Below are positions 9,726 through 20,444 of a stretch of DNA of 64,000 nucleotides, piece after piece. A model generated the notes under the pieces. The model had not been told where the DNA came from and did no database searches. It saw nothing but the letters and a program-made list of their open reading frames with translations. Source of the DNA: Burkholderiales bacterium (GTDB lineage Bacteria; Pseudomonadota; Gammaproteobacteria; Burkholderiales; JAEUOS01). The stretch's first letter is position 1. The number at the start of each line of letters is the position of its first letter. The DNA lies in contig JBJXGS010000322.1 in NCBI GenBank assembly GCA_046160545.1, positions 23,408 to 87,407 of the forward strand, read 5' to 3'. A program made the translations under genes and the position numbers.

Positions 9726-10751
9726 ATGCGGAACCCGTTGCGCCTCGAATTCGCGATTCGCGGGATTGCCCTGTTTCTGGCAACGACGGCTTCGGGCACT
9801 TCCGCCCAGCCGGCGCAACCCGACGCACAAGCATGGCTGACGCGCGTGCAGCAGTCAGCGCAACGTCTCAACTACTCCGGCACGTTTGTATTCATGCAAG
9901 GTGGCGGACAGACCCAGACATCGCGCATCACGCACATCTTCGACCGAGGCAGCGAGCGTGAACGGATCGAAGTGCTGGATGGCGCGGCCATCGTGGTGTT
10001 GCGCACCAACGACGAAGTCAAATCCTACCTGCCCGAGAGCAAGACCGTCCTGATTGAACGGCGCCGTGGCAAGGCAGTGTTTCCGGCACTCCTCATCGAT
10101 CAGGTGGCATCGATTGCCGAGCACTACTCGCTACGCAAGCTCGAGTCCGCGCGGGTTGCCGGGCGCGATTGTCACGCCTTTGCCCTGGAGCCGCGCGACG
10201 GGTTGCGCTACGGGCAAAGGCTTTGGGCTGAGGTTCAGCATGGCCTGCTGCTCAAGTCGCAGACCATCAACGAAAGAGGCGAAGTCGTCGAGCAGATCGC
10301 CTTTACGGAAATCGAGATAGGCGGCCCTGCCGAGCGCTACGCAGCACGACTGGGACGCCCCCTGGCAGGCCGGGACTGGCGCACCGTGAGCCCGCCGGTG
10401 ACCCCGGCGCGCCTGGCCGAGCTGGGTTGGCGAATCGATGCTGTGCCGCCCGGATTTCGTCGCATGCTCGAGATTCGCCGCGGGATCGGCGATGCCGAAG
10501 TCGGTCATGTGGTTTTTTCCGACGGGCTTGCATCTGTGTCGGTGTTCGTCGAGGCCATGAAGGCCGGTGCCAATCCGGTCGAAGGCCATGCCGTGCAGGG
10601 CGCTGTCAACGTCTACCGCCGGCGCGTCGGCGACCATCTGGTCACGGTGCTCGGTGAAGCGCCGCCGGCTTTGGTGTCGCGCATTGGCGCTGCGGTTGAA
10701 TTTCGCCCGGGAACCGCAACCTTGAGCGGCCAGGTCAACAACAAGAGGTGA
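9726..10751 (+). CDS. rseB: sigma-E regulatory protein RseB/MucB
   Basis: Signal peptide followed by AQAWLTRVQQSAQRLNYSGTFVF, which is typical of MucB/RseB. Synteny supports the call. Confidence 0.85.
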   Translation: MRNPLRLEFAIRGIALFLATTASGTSAQPAQPDAQAWLTRVQQSAQRLNYSGTFVFMQGGGQTQTSRITHIFDRGSERERIEVLDGAAIVVLRTNDEVKSYLPESKTVLIERRRGKAVFPALLIDQVASIAEHYSLRKLESARVAGRDCHAFALEPRDGLRYGQRLWAEVQHGLLLKSQTINERGEVVEQIAFTEIEIGGPAERYAARLGRPLAGRDWRTVSPPVTPARLAELGWRIDAVPPGFRRMLEIRRGIGDAEVGHVVFSDGLASVSVFVEAMKAGANPVEGHAVQGAVNVYRRRVGDHLVTVLGEAPPALVSRIGAAVEFRPGTATLSGQVNNKR

Positions 10752-10753
10752 AC

Positions 10754-12217
10754 ATGTTCCGATTTGTTTCAATGCCCCTTTTGGGAGCGCTGTGGCTGGT
10801 TTTGGCCTCATTCGCCCCTGGTGCGATGGCCCAGGTTCGAGGCCTGCCCGATTTCACCGAACTGGTGGACCGGGTCGGTCCAGCGGTGGTCAATATCCGC
10901 ACGACCCAGGCAGCGCAGGGCGCTGCGGCACGTGGCGGCGTACCGCGCGGCCCCGGTGCGGACGAGGACAACCCGTTTTGCGAGATCTTTCCCTGGATGT
11001 GCCCACCGCGGGGTGACCGCCAGCCGCGCCAGCCGCGCCCCGGTCCCGATCGCGGCGAGGAAATTCCGTCCGGAGTCGGATCCGGCTTCATCCTCACCGC
11101 CGACGGTTTCATCATGACCAATGCGCACGTGGTGCGCAACGCCGATGTGATTTACGTACGCCTGCCGGACAAGCGCGAGTTTCGTGGCCGTCTTGTGGGA
11201 GCCGACCAGCGCACCGACGTGGCCATCGTCAAGGTCGAGGCAAGCGGCCTGCCGACAGTCGCCGTGGGCGATTCCAACCGCCTGCGCGTCGGCGAGTGGG
11301 TCATGGCGATCGGGTCACCATTCGCCCTGGACAACACGGTGACAGCCGGCATTGTCAGTGCCAAGGGCCGTGACACCGGTGAATACGTGCCTTTCATCCA
11401 GACCGACGTCGCGATCAACCCGGGCAATTCGGGCGGACCGCTGATCAACATGCGCGGCGAGGTGGTGGGTATCAACTCCATGATCTACAGCCGCTCGGGC
11501 GGCTTCCAGGGGATCTCATTCGCCATTCCGATGGACGAGGCGATGCGCGTCGGTGACCAGTTGCGCGCCAGCGGACGAGTGCAGCGCGGTTTCCTGGGGG
11601 TCCAGCCGGGTGCAGTCACCAAGGATGTCGCCGAATCGCTGGGACTGAAGTCCCCGGAAGGGGCGGTCATCGAGCGTGTGCTGCCGAACACCGCCGCAGA
11701 GCGTGCCGGACTGCGCGAAGGCGACGTGATCCTGCGTTTTGACGGCAAGCCAGTCGAGAAGCATACCGATCTGCCACGCATTGTCGGCAATACCAAGCCC
11801 GGTCAAAAGGTTGCAGTGCAAGTCTGGCGCAACGGCGCGGCGCGCGAGATTTCGCTGCAGCTGGGTGAGTCGGAGCCGGACCGGGCGGCGCTGCGCCCCA
11901 GTCGAGCCCCCTCCCAAGGGCAGGCCGCGCCGGCGCAGACCAATGCGCTGGGCCTGCTGGTAGTCGACCTGCCGGAGGCGAAAAAACGTGAACTCAAGGT
12001 TGAAGGCGGGGTCCAGGTGGAAGCAGTGGACGGTCCGGCGGCGCGCGCCGGACTGCGCAATGGCGACGTCATCCTGAAGCTGCAGAACATCGATATCACC
12101 TCCGCCAAGCAGCTCAATGATCTGGTGGGCAAGCTCGACGGCAAGCGGGCTGTCGCTGTCCTGGTCCGCCGTGGAGAATCGGCCCAATACGTGCCGATCC
12201 GTCCTGACGTCAAGTGA
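10754..12217 (+). CDS. degP: periplasmic serine endoprotease DegP/DegQ/MucD family (two PDZ domains)
   Basis: His (TNAHVV), Asp (DVAIVKV) and Ser (GNSGGPLINM) triad contexts plus a signal peptide. ATG at 10754 lies 5 nt after AAGAGG (the track ORF starts at GTG 10748). Confidence 0.9.
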   Translation: MFRFVSMPLLGALWLVLASFAPGAMAQVRGLPDFTELVDRVGPAVVNIRTTQAAQGAAARGGVPRGPGADEDNPFCEIFPWMCPPRGDRQPRQPRPGPDRGEEIPSGVGSGFILTADGFIMTNAHVVRNADVIYVRLPDKREFRGRLVGADQRTDVAIVKVEASGLPTVAVGDSNRLRVGEWVMAIGSPFALDNTVTAGIVSAKGRDTGEYVPFIQTDVAINPGNSGGPLINMRGEVVGINSMIYSRSGGFQGISFAIPMDEAMRVGDQLRASGRVQRGFLGVQPGAVTKDVAESLGLKSPEGAVIERVLPNTAAERAGLREGDVILRFDGKPVEKHTDLPRIVGNTKPGQKVAVQVWRNGAAREISLQLGESEPDRAALRPSRAPSQGQAAPAQTNALGLLVVDLPEAKKRELKVEGGVQVEAVDGPAARAGLRNGDVILKLQNIDITSAKQLNDLVGKLDGKRAVAVLVRRGESAQYVPIRPDVK

Positions 12218-12254
12218 GCGGAAAATCCGCTAAAATAAGGACTTAGGTAACCCT

Positions 12255-12290
12255 CCAAGGGCGCGAGTCATTCGCGCCCTTGGTTTTTTT
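12255..12290 (+). terminator. rho-independent terminator after degP
   Basis: CCAAGGGCGCGA / TCGCGCCCTTGG 12-bp stem with a 5-nt loop, followed by TTTTTTT. Confidence 0.8.
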
Positions 12291-12323
12291 GCGGTTCCCG
12301 GCCGGCAGGAACACGCAAGCACC

Positions 12324-14114
12324 ATGCAGCGCATCCGCAACTTTTCCATCATCGCCCACATCGATCACGGCAAGTCCACCCTCGCAGATCGCATCATCCA
12401 GCGCTGCGGCGGACTGTCAGACCGCGAGATGGAGGCGCAGGTACTCGACTCGATGGACCTGGAGCGCGAGCGTGGCATCACCATCAAGGCGCAGACCGCC
12501 GCCCTCCAGTATCTCGCCCGGGATGGCGAGTCTTACCAACTCAATTTGATCGATACACCCGGGCACGTTGACTTCAGTTACGAGGTCAGCCGTTCGCTTT
12601 CGGCCTGCGAGGGCGCGCTGCTGGTGGTCGACGCCTCACAAGGGGTTGAGGCGCAGACAGTAGCAAACTGCTACACGGCGCTGGACCTCGAAGTCGAAGT
12701 CGTTCCGGTGTTGAACAAGATCGACCTGCCGTCGGCCAATCCGGAAAACGCGATCGCCGAAATCGAGGACGTGATCGGCATCGATGCTCACGCCGCCATC
12801 CTGGCCAGCGCCAAGACCGGACAGGGCGTGGACGATATCCTCGAAGCGATCATCGCGCGCATCCCACCGCCCAAGGGCGACCGCGACAAGCCCTTGCAGG
12901 CCCTGATCATTGATTCCTGGTTTGACAATTATGTTGGCGTGGTCATGCTGGTGCGGGTCTTCGAGGGGAGGCTCAAGCCCCGTGACCGCATCCTGCTCAT
13001 GGCCAGCAACGCACAGTTCACCTGCGAGCAGGTAGGGGTCTTCACGCCGAAGTCCCGCAAGAAAGACGATCTTGCTGCGGGTGAGGTGGGTTTCATCATT
13101 GCCGGCATCAAGGAATTGCAAGCCGCGCGCGTGGGTGACACCGTGACCTTGGTCGAGCGTCCTGCGCCGCAGGCACTCCCGGGGTTCAAGGAAATCAAGC
13201 CGCAGGTCTTCGCCGGGCTTTACCCCGTGGAATCCAATCAGTACGAGCAGTTGCGCGAGTCTCTTGAGAAACTGAAACTCAACGATGCCTCGCTGCGCTT
13301 CGAACCCGAAGTCTCGCAGGCACTCGGTTTTGGCTTCCGCTGCGGCTTCCTGGGCCTCTTGCACATGGATATCGTGCAGGAGCGCCTGGAGCGCGAGTTC
13401 GACATGGACCTCATCACCACCGCGCCGTCGGTGCTCTACGAGGTGGCGCTCAGGAACGGCGAGACCGTGCTGATCGACAATCCTGACAAGCTTCCCGATC
13501 TTGCGCGCATTGAAGCCATTCGCGAGCCGGTCATGACGGTCGATCTCTTCATGCCGCAGGAGTACGTCGGCGCGATCATGACCTTGTGCAACACCAAGCG
13601 GGGTGTGCAACTCAACATGGCCTACCACGGCCGTCAGGTGCACCTGACCTATGAGATGCCCTTGAACGAGATCGTGCTCGATTTCTTCGACAAGCTCAAG
13701 TCGGCCTCGCGCGGTTACGCTTCGATGGACTACGAGTTCCTCGAGTATCGCGCCTCGGAAGTCTGCAAGGTCGATGTTCTGATCAATGGTGACAAGGTCG
13801 ATGCATTGTCGATCATCGTGCATCGCGCCAACAGCCAGTACCGGGGCCGTGAACTGGTGTCCAAGATGCGCCAGCTGATTCCGCGTCAGATGTTCGACGT
13901 CGCCATCCAGGCCGCGATCGGCGCCAACATCATCGCCCGTGAAAACGTGAAGGCCCTGCGCAAGAACGTGCTGGCCAAGTGCTACGGCGGCGATATCTCG
14001 CGCAAGCGCAAGCTGCTGGAAAAGCAGAAGGCAGGCAAGAAGCGCATGAAGCAGGTCGGCACCGTCGAGATTCCCCAGGAGGCCTTTCTCGCGATTCTGC
14101 AGGTGGATTCCTGA
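12324..14114 (+). CDS. lepA: elongation factor 4
   Basis: [18 protein letters not shown] and NKID GTPase motifs. 596 aa. lepA-lepB synteny. Confidence 0.97.
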   Translation: MQRIRNFSIIAHIDHGKSTLADRIIQRCGGLSDREMEAQVLDSMDLERERGITIKAQTAALQYLARDGESYQLNLIDTPGHVDFSYEVSRSLSACEGALLVVDASQGVEAQTVANCYTALDLEVEVVPVLNKIDLPSANPENAIAEIEDVIGIDAHAAILASAKTGQGVDDILEAIIARIPPPKGDRDKPLQALIIDSWFDNYVGVVMLVRVFEGRLKPRDRILLMASNAQFTCEQVGVFTPKSRKKDDLAAGEVGFIIAGIKELQAARVGDTVTLVERPAPQALPGFKEIKPQVFAGLYPVESNQYEQLRESLEKLKLNDASLRFEPEVSQALGFGFRCGFLGLLHMDIVQERLEREFDMDLITTAPSVLYEVALRNGETVLIDNPDKLPDLARIEAIREPVMTVDLFMPQEYVGAIMTLCNTKRGVQLNMAYHGRQVHLTYEMPLNEIVLDFFDKLKSASRGYASMDYEFLEYRASEVCKVDVLINGDKVDALSIIVHRANSQYRGRELVSKMRQLIPRQMFDVAIQAAIGANIIARENVKALRKNVLAKCYGGDISRKRKLLEKQKAGKKRMKQVGTVEIPQEAFLAILQVDS

Positions 14115-15022
14115 TGAACTTCGCCCTGATCCTGTTCCTGCTCACCGCCGGCACCGGAATTTTCTGGTTCGCCGACGTCCTGCATTTCCGCAAGAAGCGC
14201 CAGGCCGCGTTCGTCGCTGCGGTAACCGCCTTTGACGCACGCGTGGCGGCCGCTCCGGATATGTTCAAAGGAGATGATCGCGATCGTGAAGTCGAGCGTT
14301 TGTCGCGGGAATTGCGTACTCCGCCCGCGTGGCTGGAGTTTCCGGCCAGTTTCTTTCCCGTGATAGCAGCGGTGTTCGCGCTCCGCTCGTTCGTCGTCGA
14401 ACCGTTCAAGATCCCTTCAGGCTCGATGATTCCAACCCTTCTGATCGGCGATTTCATACTGGTCAACAAATTCACCTACGGCATCCGACTGCCGGTCATC
14501 AACAAGAAGATCATCGAAGTGGGCAGTCCGCAGCGCGGCGACGTCATGGTATTCCGCTATCCGCCGGATCCGTCAGTGGACTACATCAAGCGGGTCGTAG
14601 GCATTCCGGGCGACCGCGTGGCCTATCAGAACAAGCGCCTGACGGTGAACGGTGTCGAGGTTCCTACTCGCAGTGAACCGGACTTCCTGCACCGCGACCG
14701 GGCAGCGTATTCGAGCCAGTTCGCCGAGACCGCCGGAAGCCGTACCTATCGCGTTCTCAATGATGCCGATGCGCCGGCCTACATCATGTCCGCGGAAGCG
14801 TTTCCGCAGCGCGACAATTGTCTTTACAATAATGCCGGTGTCATTTGCACCGTTCCGCCCGGGCATTTCTTCTTAATGGGCGACAATCGCGACAACAGCC
14901 TCGATAGTCGCTTCTGGGGATTTGTTCCTGAAGAAAACATCGTAGGTCGCGCTTTCGGCATCTGGATGAATTGGAGTGGGGGGTTCCGCTTCGACCTGTC
15001 GCGGGTGGGCGGATTCGAATAA
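14114..15022 (+). CDS. lepB: signal peptidase I
   Basis: SGSMIPTLLIGD (Ser), KRVVGIPGD (Lys) and GDNRDNSLDSRFWG boxes. ATG at 14114 overlaps the lepA TGA. Confidence 0.93.
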   Translation: MNFALILFLLTAGTGIFWFADVLHFRKKRQAAFVAAVTAFDARVAAAPDMFKGDDRDREVERLSRELRTPPAWLEFPASFFPVIAAVFALRSFVVEPFKIPSGSMIPTLLIGDFILVNKFTYGIRLPVINKKIIEVGSPQRGDVMVFRYPPDPSVDYIKRVVGIPGDRVAYQNKRLTVNGVEVPTRSEPDFLHRDRAAYSSQFAETAGSRTYRVLNDADAPAYIMSAEAFPQRDNCLYNNAGVICTVPPGHFFLMGDNRDNSLDSRFWGFVPEENIVGRAFGIWMNWSGGFRFDLSRVGGFE

Positions 15023-15042
15023 CTGTGTCGGAGAATATCGCC

Positions 15043-15411
15043 ATGAATCGACCCTGGTTGGCCGTGCGCACGCGCGGCGTGAGCATGCTGGGCATCCTGT
15101 TCATTTGCGTCGCCATCGTTCTTGTCGTCGTCGGCGCCCTCAAGGTCATCCCCTCCTACCTCGAATTCCGCAACATCCAGTCAGCCGCAGTCGCGGCGCG
15201 CGATGGCGGCAAGACCGTGGTGGACATCCAAAAGGCCTTCGACAGGGCGGCCCAGATCAACGACATCACCACACTGGCCGGTAAGGATCTCGACATCGCC
15301 AAGGACGCAGCCGGCAACGTGGTGGTTTCGTTCAAGTACGAAAAGAAGATTCCGCTTTTCTACAACGTCAGCCTGATCATCGAGTACGCGGGCGGCAGCG
15401 ACAATCCCTGA
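15043..15411 (+). CDS. DUF4845-like small membrane-anchored protein
   Basis: ATG at 15043. One N-terminal TM ([28 protein letters not shown]). The lepB-X-rnc position is typical of betaproteobacteria. The family name is from memory. Confidence 0.65.
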   Translation: MNRPWLAVRTRGVSMLGILFICVAIVLVVVGALKVIPSYLEFRNIQSAAVAARDGGKTVVDIQKAFDRAAQINDITTLAGKDLDIAKDAAGNVVVSFKYEKKIPLFYNVSLIIEYAGGSDNP

Positions 15412-15433
15412 CGCCGGGCTCGGCGTCGACTTC

Positions 15434-16333
15434 ATGGATTCAAGCGAACTCGAAACCCGCCTCGGCTATGAGTTCGGGAATCCCAAGCTGCTGGCGCAGG
15501 CGCTGACGCACCGCAGCCACAGTACGCTGCACAACGAGCGCCTCGAGTTCCTGGGCGACAGTGTTCTCAACTGCGCGGTGGCGCACATCCTCTTCGAGCG
15601 CTACACAAAGCTCAACGAAGGCGACCTGTCGCGCCTGCGCTCCAATCTCGTCAAACAGCAGACCCTTTACGAAATCGCGCAGCGCGTCGAGCTATCCTCG
15701 AGCCTGCGCCTCGGGGAGGGCGAACTCAAGAGCGGAGGATTCCGCCGCCCGTCGATCCTGGCCGATACCCTGGAGGCCCTGTTTGGCGCGATATTCCTGG
15801 ACGGCGGATTCCAGGCCGCGCGCCTGACCATCGCCAAGCTGTACCACCCGATCCTGGAGACGGTCGATCCGCTGACTTTGGGCAAGGATGCAAAGACGCT
15901 GTTGCAGGAATACCTGCAAGGCCGCAAGATCGCGCTGCCTACCTACAACGTTGTTGCCACACGCGGAGCGGCCCACAGTCAGGAGTTCGAGGTCGAATGC
16001 CTGATCCCCAAGCTCGACATACGTGTCACCGGAGCGGGCGCAAGCAGGCGCGCGGCGGAGCAGGCGGCCGCGAAAACCGCCCTGGAGCTGGCCCCCAAGG
16101 AAGCACCGCGCCGGTCGCGCCGGCCGCGCAAGGACACAGCGCGCGTCGATGCAACGCCGGCCCAGGCTGTTGTGGAGAGGGAAACAGCCAAGGAGTCGCG
16201 CAGGGATGTCGCCGGCAAGGAAGAGCCGGCTGCGGCGCGTGAAGCCAAGTCTGCGCGAGCCGGTGCCGCCACTGAACCCGCTATCGAACCGGGAACGGGA
16301 GAGGCTGCGCGAGCGGGCAAACCGGTGGCATGA
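15434..16333 (+). CDS. rnc: ribonuclease III with a ~79-aa low-complexity C-terminal extension
   Basis: [11 protein letters not shown] signature and a dsRBD ending near ...[10 protein letters not shown] (aa ~220), followed by an Ala/Glu/Arg/Lys/Pro-rich tail. Confidence 0.93.
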   Translation: MDSSELETRLGYEFGNPKLLAQALTHRSHSTLHNERLEFLGDSVLNCAVAHILFERYTKLNEGDLSRLRSNLVKQQTLYEIAQRVELSSSLRLGEGELKSGGFRRPSILADTLEALFGAIFLDGGFQAARLTIAKLYHPILETVDPLTLGKDAKTLLQEYLQGRKIALPTYNVVATRGAAHSQEFEVECLIPKLDIRVTGAGASRRAAEQAAAKTALELAPKEAPRRSRRPRKDTARVDATPAQAVVERETAKESRRDVAGKEEPAAAREAKSARAGAATEPAIEPGTGEAARAGKPVA

Positions 16334-17229
16334 GCGACAGCCTGACGCCCGGGTATCGAGCCGGCGTGGTGGTCATCGCCGGACGCCCCAATGTCGGCAA
16401 GTCGACTCTCATCAATCGCCTGGTCGGCGCGAAGCTCAGCATCACTTCACGCAAGGCGCAGACGACCCGCCATCGAATCCTCGGGGTGCGCAGCGACCCT
16501 GAAGCCCAGTTTGTTTTTGTCGATACGCCCGGTCATCAACCGCGGGTGCGCAGCGCGCTGAACCGCGCCATGCAACGCAATCTCACCGACTCGGTGGCCG
16601 GCGCGGATGTCGCCTTGCTGGTTGCGGAAGCGCAATCCTTTCGCCCGACCGATGCACAGGTGGCCGCAATGCTGGCGCGCCAATTGCCGGTGGTGCTGGC
16701 ATTGAACAAGTGCGATCTGCGCAGCAACCGGGCAGGCCTCCTGCCTGTGATGGCAGCGGCGCGCGATGCCCATGACTTCGCGGCCATCGTGCCGATCTCC
16801 GCCAAAACGGGAGAAGGCGTGGATGCCTTGCTCGCCGAGCTGCGGGAACGCCTGCCGCAATCGGACCGGCTCTACGATGAAGACACGCTGACCGACCGAC
16901 CGGCGCGCTTTTTCGCCGCCGAGTTGATTCGCGAAAAGGTGTTTCGACTCTCGGGTGCGGAGGTACCATACGGTGTGGAAGTTGCGATCGAGCGCTATGT
17001 TGAGGAAGACGGACTGACGCGCATCGGTGCGACCATCGTCGTCGACCGCCCGGGGCACAAGGCGATCCTCCTGGGCGCCAAGGGTGAGCGCATGAAGCGC
17101 ATCTCCAGCGAAGCCCGCATCGACATGGAAAAAATGTTCCGCAAGAAGGTCTACCTCGAGACCTGGATCAAGGTGCGCGGCGGCTGGGCTGACAACGCGG
17201 CAACGCTGCGCTCACTGGGGTACGCATGA
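16330..17229 (+). CDS. era: GTPase Era
   Basis: [14 protein letters not shown] and NKCD motifs with a KH-domain C-terminus. ATGA overlap with rnc. Confidence 0.95.
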   Translation: MSDSLTPGYRAGVVVIAGRPNVGKSTLINRLVGAKLSITSRKAQTTRHRILGVRSDPEAQFVFVDTPGHQPRVRSALNRAMQRNLTDSVAGADVALLVAEAQSFRPTDAQVAAMLARQLPVVLALNKCDLRSNRAGLLPVMAAARDAHDFAAIVPISAKTGEGVDALLAELRERLPQSDRLYDEDTLTDRPARFFAAELIREKVFRLSGAEVPYGVEVAIERYVEEDGLTRIGATIVVDRPGHKAILLGAKGERMKRISSEARIDMEKMFRKKVYLETWIKVRGGWADNAATLRSLGYA

Positions 17230-17984
17230 GAAGCGCGAGCGCTACAGCCACGCGGCATGGGCACCCGGCTTCGACGCATCGCCACGAACGGGAAGCGGGT
17301 TTCGTACTGCACTGTTATCCGTATAGCGAATCCAGCCTGATCGTCGAGACTTTTACCCGCCGCTGCGGGCGCGTACCGCTCTTGGCCAAGGGTGCGCGGC
17401 GCCCGCGCTCGACATTGCGCGGACTCCTGTTGCAGTTTCAGCTCCTCGAACTGTCCTGGGCTGGGCGCGGCGAATTGCGCAATATGGTGCGCGCAGAGTG
17501 GCTGGGAGGCACGCCGCCGTTGCCGCAGACAAGATTGTTTTGCGGCTTTTACCTGAATGAATTGCTGCTCAAGCTGCTGGCGCGCGATGACCCGCACGCG
17601 GCGCTCTTCGACGCGTACTGTTCCGCGCTGATGCGCCTTGCGGGAGGTGAGCGCGAGGCCGCGGTGTTGCGTGATTTCGAGGTCGTCTTGCTGCGCGAAA
17701 TCGGCTACGCGGTCAACCTGGCATGTGAGTCAGGGGGCGAACCGGTTCGACCCGCCGAGCGCTACACGGTCGACCCTGACCATGGCGTTCGACGCCTCGA
17801 GGGACGCGCCTCTTCCGGATTTGAGGTCGCCGGCGCCGATCTACTTTCTATCGCAGCCGGAGAGTTCGCCGATCCGCGCATCGCTCAGCTGTCCAAGCAG
17901 GTCATGCGCATGCTCATCGAACGCCGCCTTGGCGGGCGCACTGTGGCAACCCGTCGCGTCATGTTGGCAATGGCTCAACCATGA
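17226..17984 (+). CDS. recO: DNA repair protein RecO
   Basis: [22 protein letters not shown] (OB-fold N-terminus) and era-recO-pdxJ synteny. The start is uncertain (ATG overlapping the era stop was used). Confidence 0.85.
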   Translation: MRSASATATRHGHPASTHRHEREAGFVLHCYPYSESSLIVETFTRRCGRVPLLAKGARRPRSTLRGLLLQFQLLELSWAGRGELRNMVRAEWLGGTPPLPQTRLFCGFYLNELLLKLLARDDPHAALFDAYCSALMRLAGGEREAAVLRDFEVVLLREIGYAVNLACESGGEPVRPAERYTVDPDHGVRRLEGRASSGFEVAGADLLSIAAGEFADPRIAQLSKQVMRMLIERRLGGRTVATRRVMLAMAQP

Positions 17985-18724
17985 ATCGTCCGATCCGCCT
18001 GGGAGTCAATATCGACCATGTCGCGACGCTGCGCCAGGTGCGCGGTACGCCGTTTCCGGATCCGGTGCGCGCGGCGCTGGAGGCCGAGTCGGCCGGCGCC
18101 GACTTGATAACCCTGCACTTGCGCGAAGATCGCCGGCACATCCAGGATCGCGATGTATTTGAGCTGCGCCCACTGCTCAAGACGCGCATGAACCTTGAGG
18201 CAGCGCTGACGCGCGAGATGTTGCAGATTGCGATCAAGGTTCGACCGCACGATGTCTGCCTGGTGCCGGAGCGGCGCATGGAATTGACCACCGAAGGCGG
18301 CCTCGATGTGGTCGGCCAGTTCGATCGGGTGCGGGATGCGGTCCGACTACTCGGCGAGGCTGGCATCCGCGTTTCTCTTTTCATCAGCCACGACCCGCGG
18401 CAGATCGAGGCTGCGCGTGCAGCAGGGGCCCCGGTCATCGAGATCCACACCGGTCACTACGCCGACCTCCCAGGTGCGGAAGTCGAAGCCGAATTCGCGC
18501 GCATCACATCCGGCGTCGCGTTGGGTGTGCGACTGGGCCTGACCGTCAACGCGGGGCACGGGCTCAACTACGGCAATACGGCGCGCATTGCGGCGATCCC
18601 CGGCATCGAAGAACTGAACATCGGTCACGCGATCGTCGCCGAGTCCGTGTTTCGTGGCTGGCATGCAGCGGTTGCGGACATGAAGGCGCTGATGGTGGCA
18701 GCGCGCGCCAACGCGACGCCGTGA
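17981..18724 (+). CDS. pdxJ: pyridoxine 5'-phosphate synthase
   Basis: [13 protein letters not shown] and EIHTGHYA motifs. Confidence 0.95.
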   Translation: MNRPIRLGVNIDHVATLRQVRGTPFPDPVRAALEAESAGADLITLHLREDRRHIQDRDVFELRPLLKTRMNLEAALTREMLQIAIKVRPHDVCLVPERRMELTTEGGLDVVGQFDRVRDAVRLLGEAGIRVSLFISHDPRQIEAARAAGAPVIEIHTGHYADLPGAEVEAEFARITSGVALGVRLGLTVNAGHGLNYGNTARIAAIPGIEELNIGHAIVAESVFRGWHAAVADMKALMVAARANATP

Positions 18725-19104
18725 TCGTCGGGCTTGGCTCCGACCTGGTCGAAATTGCCCGGGTGCGGCGCATCCTGACGCGGCATGGCGGTTTTGCTAG
18801 GCGGGTTCTCGCAGATGCGGAAATCGCGGTTTACGCCAATCTGCGCGACGGCGCAGCCTATGTCGCCAAGCGCTTTGCCGCCAAGGAAGCCTTCTACAAG
18901 GCGTTTGGCGAGCCGCCGGGACGCGCCAATACCTGGCACCAGCTGGCGGTGCTGAACGATGCGGCTGGACGCCCGCGCCTAGAATTTGGAGCTGGGTTGG
19001 CCAGGCTCCTCGCGGACCGCGGGATAGATCGCTGGCATGTGACACTCTCCGACGAACGCCAGTACGCTCTGGCCTGCGTCATACTTGAAAGCACCCATCC
19101 ATGA
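18721..19104 (+). CDS. acpS: holo-ACP synthase
   Basis: GTG start (GTGA overlap with pdxJ). [12 protein letters not shown]-terminus. 127 aa. Confidence 0.9.
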   Translation: MIVGLGSDLVEIARVRRILTRHGGFARRVLADAEIAVYANLRDGAAYVAKRFAAKEAFYKAFGEPPGRANTWHQLAVLNDAAGRPRLEFGAGLARLLADRGIDRWHVTLSDERQYALACVILESTHP

Positions 19105-20138
19105 GCACAATCATCGAACCCGGTCGTGTCATTCTTGACGTCGAAGGCCTCGCCCTGACCGAAGCCGATCGGGTGCGACTGCTGCACCCGCAGACCGGTG
19201 GAGTGATTCTTTTCGCCCGTAATTTCACCTCGGTGGCCCAGCTCACCGAACTGACCTCGGCGATTCATGCGCTACGCTCCGGTCTGATCATCGCCGTCGA
19301 TCATGAGGGTGGTCGGGTGCAGCGCTTTCGCGACGGTTTCACCACACTGCCGCCCATGCGTGCCTTGGGCCAACTGTGGGATCGCGACGAGGACGCAGCT
19401 CTCAAGGCCGCCCGTGAATGCGGCTACGTGCTGGCGGCCGAACTTGCCGCTTGCGGAGTAAACCTAAGCTTCACTCCAGTGCTGGACCTGGATTTCGGAC
19501 CTAGCGGAGTCATCGGTGATCGTGCGTTTCACCGCCAGGCCGCGGTCGTCGCCGCTCTCGCGGCAGCCTTGCAGCGCGGAATGGGCGAAGGCGGACTCGC
19601 GACCTGCGGCAAGCACTTCCCCGGCCACGGCTACGTGCGTGCCGACTCGCACCATGAAGTGCCTGTCGACGAACGCCCGTTCAATGCGATTGCCGCTGAA
19701 GACCTTCTACCCTACAGGCAACTGATTCCCGCAGGGCTGGGAGCCGTGATGCCGGCGCATGTGATTTATCCGCGCGTTGATCCGGCGCCGGCCGGCTTTT
19801 CAAGCCATTGGCTCACCACGGTTCTGCGGGGCGAGTATCGCTTCGCGGGAGTGATATTCAGCGATGACCTGTCGATGGAAGGCGCGAGCGTCGCGGGAGG
19901 CTACGATGCCCGCGCGCTTGCTGCTCTGGACGCTGGTTGCGACATGGTGCTGGTGTGCAACGACCCTGCAAATGCACAGATAGTGCTCGACGCCTTGGCG
20001 CACTCAGGGAGGGGGCCGGTGCCCGCAAGTCGACTGCTCGCCCTGCGCCGCCAGGCCCCTGCAGGCTCGCGCGATGAACTGGCGGCGCTGCCTCGCTACC
20101 GTGCGGCTACCGCCGCGCTCACAGCCGCGCTCGTGTAG
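19101..20138 (+). CDS. nagZ: beta-N-acetylhexosaminidase (peptidoglycan recycling)
   Basis: [10 protein letters not shown] and KHFPGHG glycoside hydrolase family 3 motifs. Confidence 0.9.
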   Translation: MSTIIEPGRVILDVEGLALTEADRVRLLHPQTGGVILFARNFTSVAQLTELTSAIHALRSGLIIAVDHEGGRVQRFRDGFTTLPPMRALGQLWDRDEDAALKAARECGYVLAAELAACGVNLSFTPVLDLDFGPSGVIGDRAFHRQAAVVAALAAALQRGMGEGGLATCGKHFPGHGYVRADSHHEVPVDERPFNAIAAEDLLPYRQLIPAGLGAVMPAHVIYPRVDPAPAGFSSHWLTTVLRGEYRFAGVIFSDDLSMEGASVAGGYDARALAALDAGCDMVLVCNDPANAQIVLDALAHSGRGPVPASRLLALRRQAPAGSRDELAALPRYRAATAALTAALV

Positions 20139-20149
20139 GCCTCGCCAAG

Positions 20150-20428
20150 TCAGAGATCAAGCACCAGGAGCGGCGTCCTGGAACGCGAGCAGCACACCGC
20201 GATGCGATCGTTGGCGGCGTGCTCGGCATCGGTCATGTAGGAATCGCGGTGCTCGGGGATGCCTTCCACTACGCCGGTCAGGCAGGTACCGCACACCCCC
20301 TGCTCGCATGACGACGGCACGGCGATGCCGTGCCACGCCAACGCATCAAGCAGGGTGTCGTTCGCGGAAACATCGATCAGTGCCCCGCTGCTGGCAATCC
20401 GTACCTGAAATGCGCTGTCGCCGCTCAT
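20150..20428 (-). CDS. stand-alone plant-type [2Fe-2S] ferredoxin (phthalate-dioxygenase-reductase C-terminal-domain type)
   Basis: 92 aa with a C-x4-C-x2-C ... C pattern (SSCEQGVCGTCLTGV ... AVCCS). No flavin/NAD domain. Lies 16 nt downstream of the Rieske oxygenase gene. Confidence 0.8.
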   Translation of the reverse strand: MSGDSAFQVRIASSGALIDVSANDTLLDALAWHGIAVPSSCEQGVCGTCLTGVVEGIPEHRDSYMTDAEHAANDRIAVCCSRSRTPLLVLDL

Positions 20429-20444
20429 GCGGGCCTGGTTGGCT

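Noticed and set aside
12636-13823. 395-aa ORF antisense to lepA
   Set aside because: It lies entirely inside a highly conserved gene on the other strand. Its composition is rich in Arg, His, Leu, Asp and Gly with no motifs. This is typical of stop-poor antisense frames in high-GC DNA.
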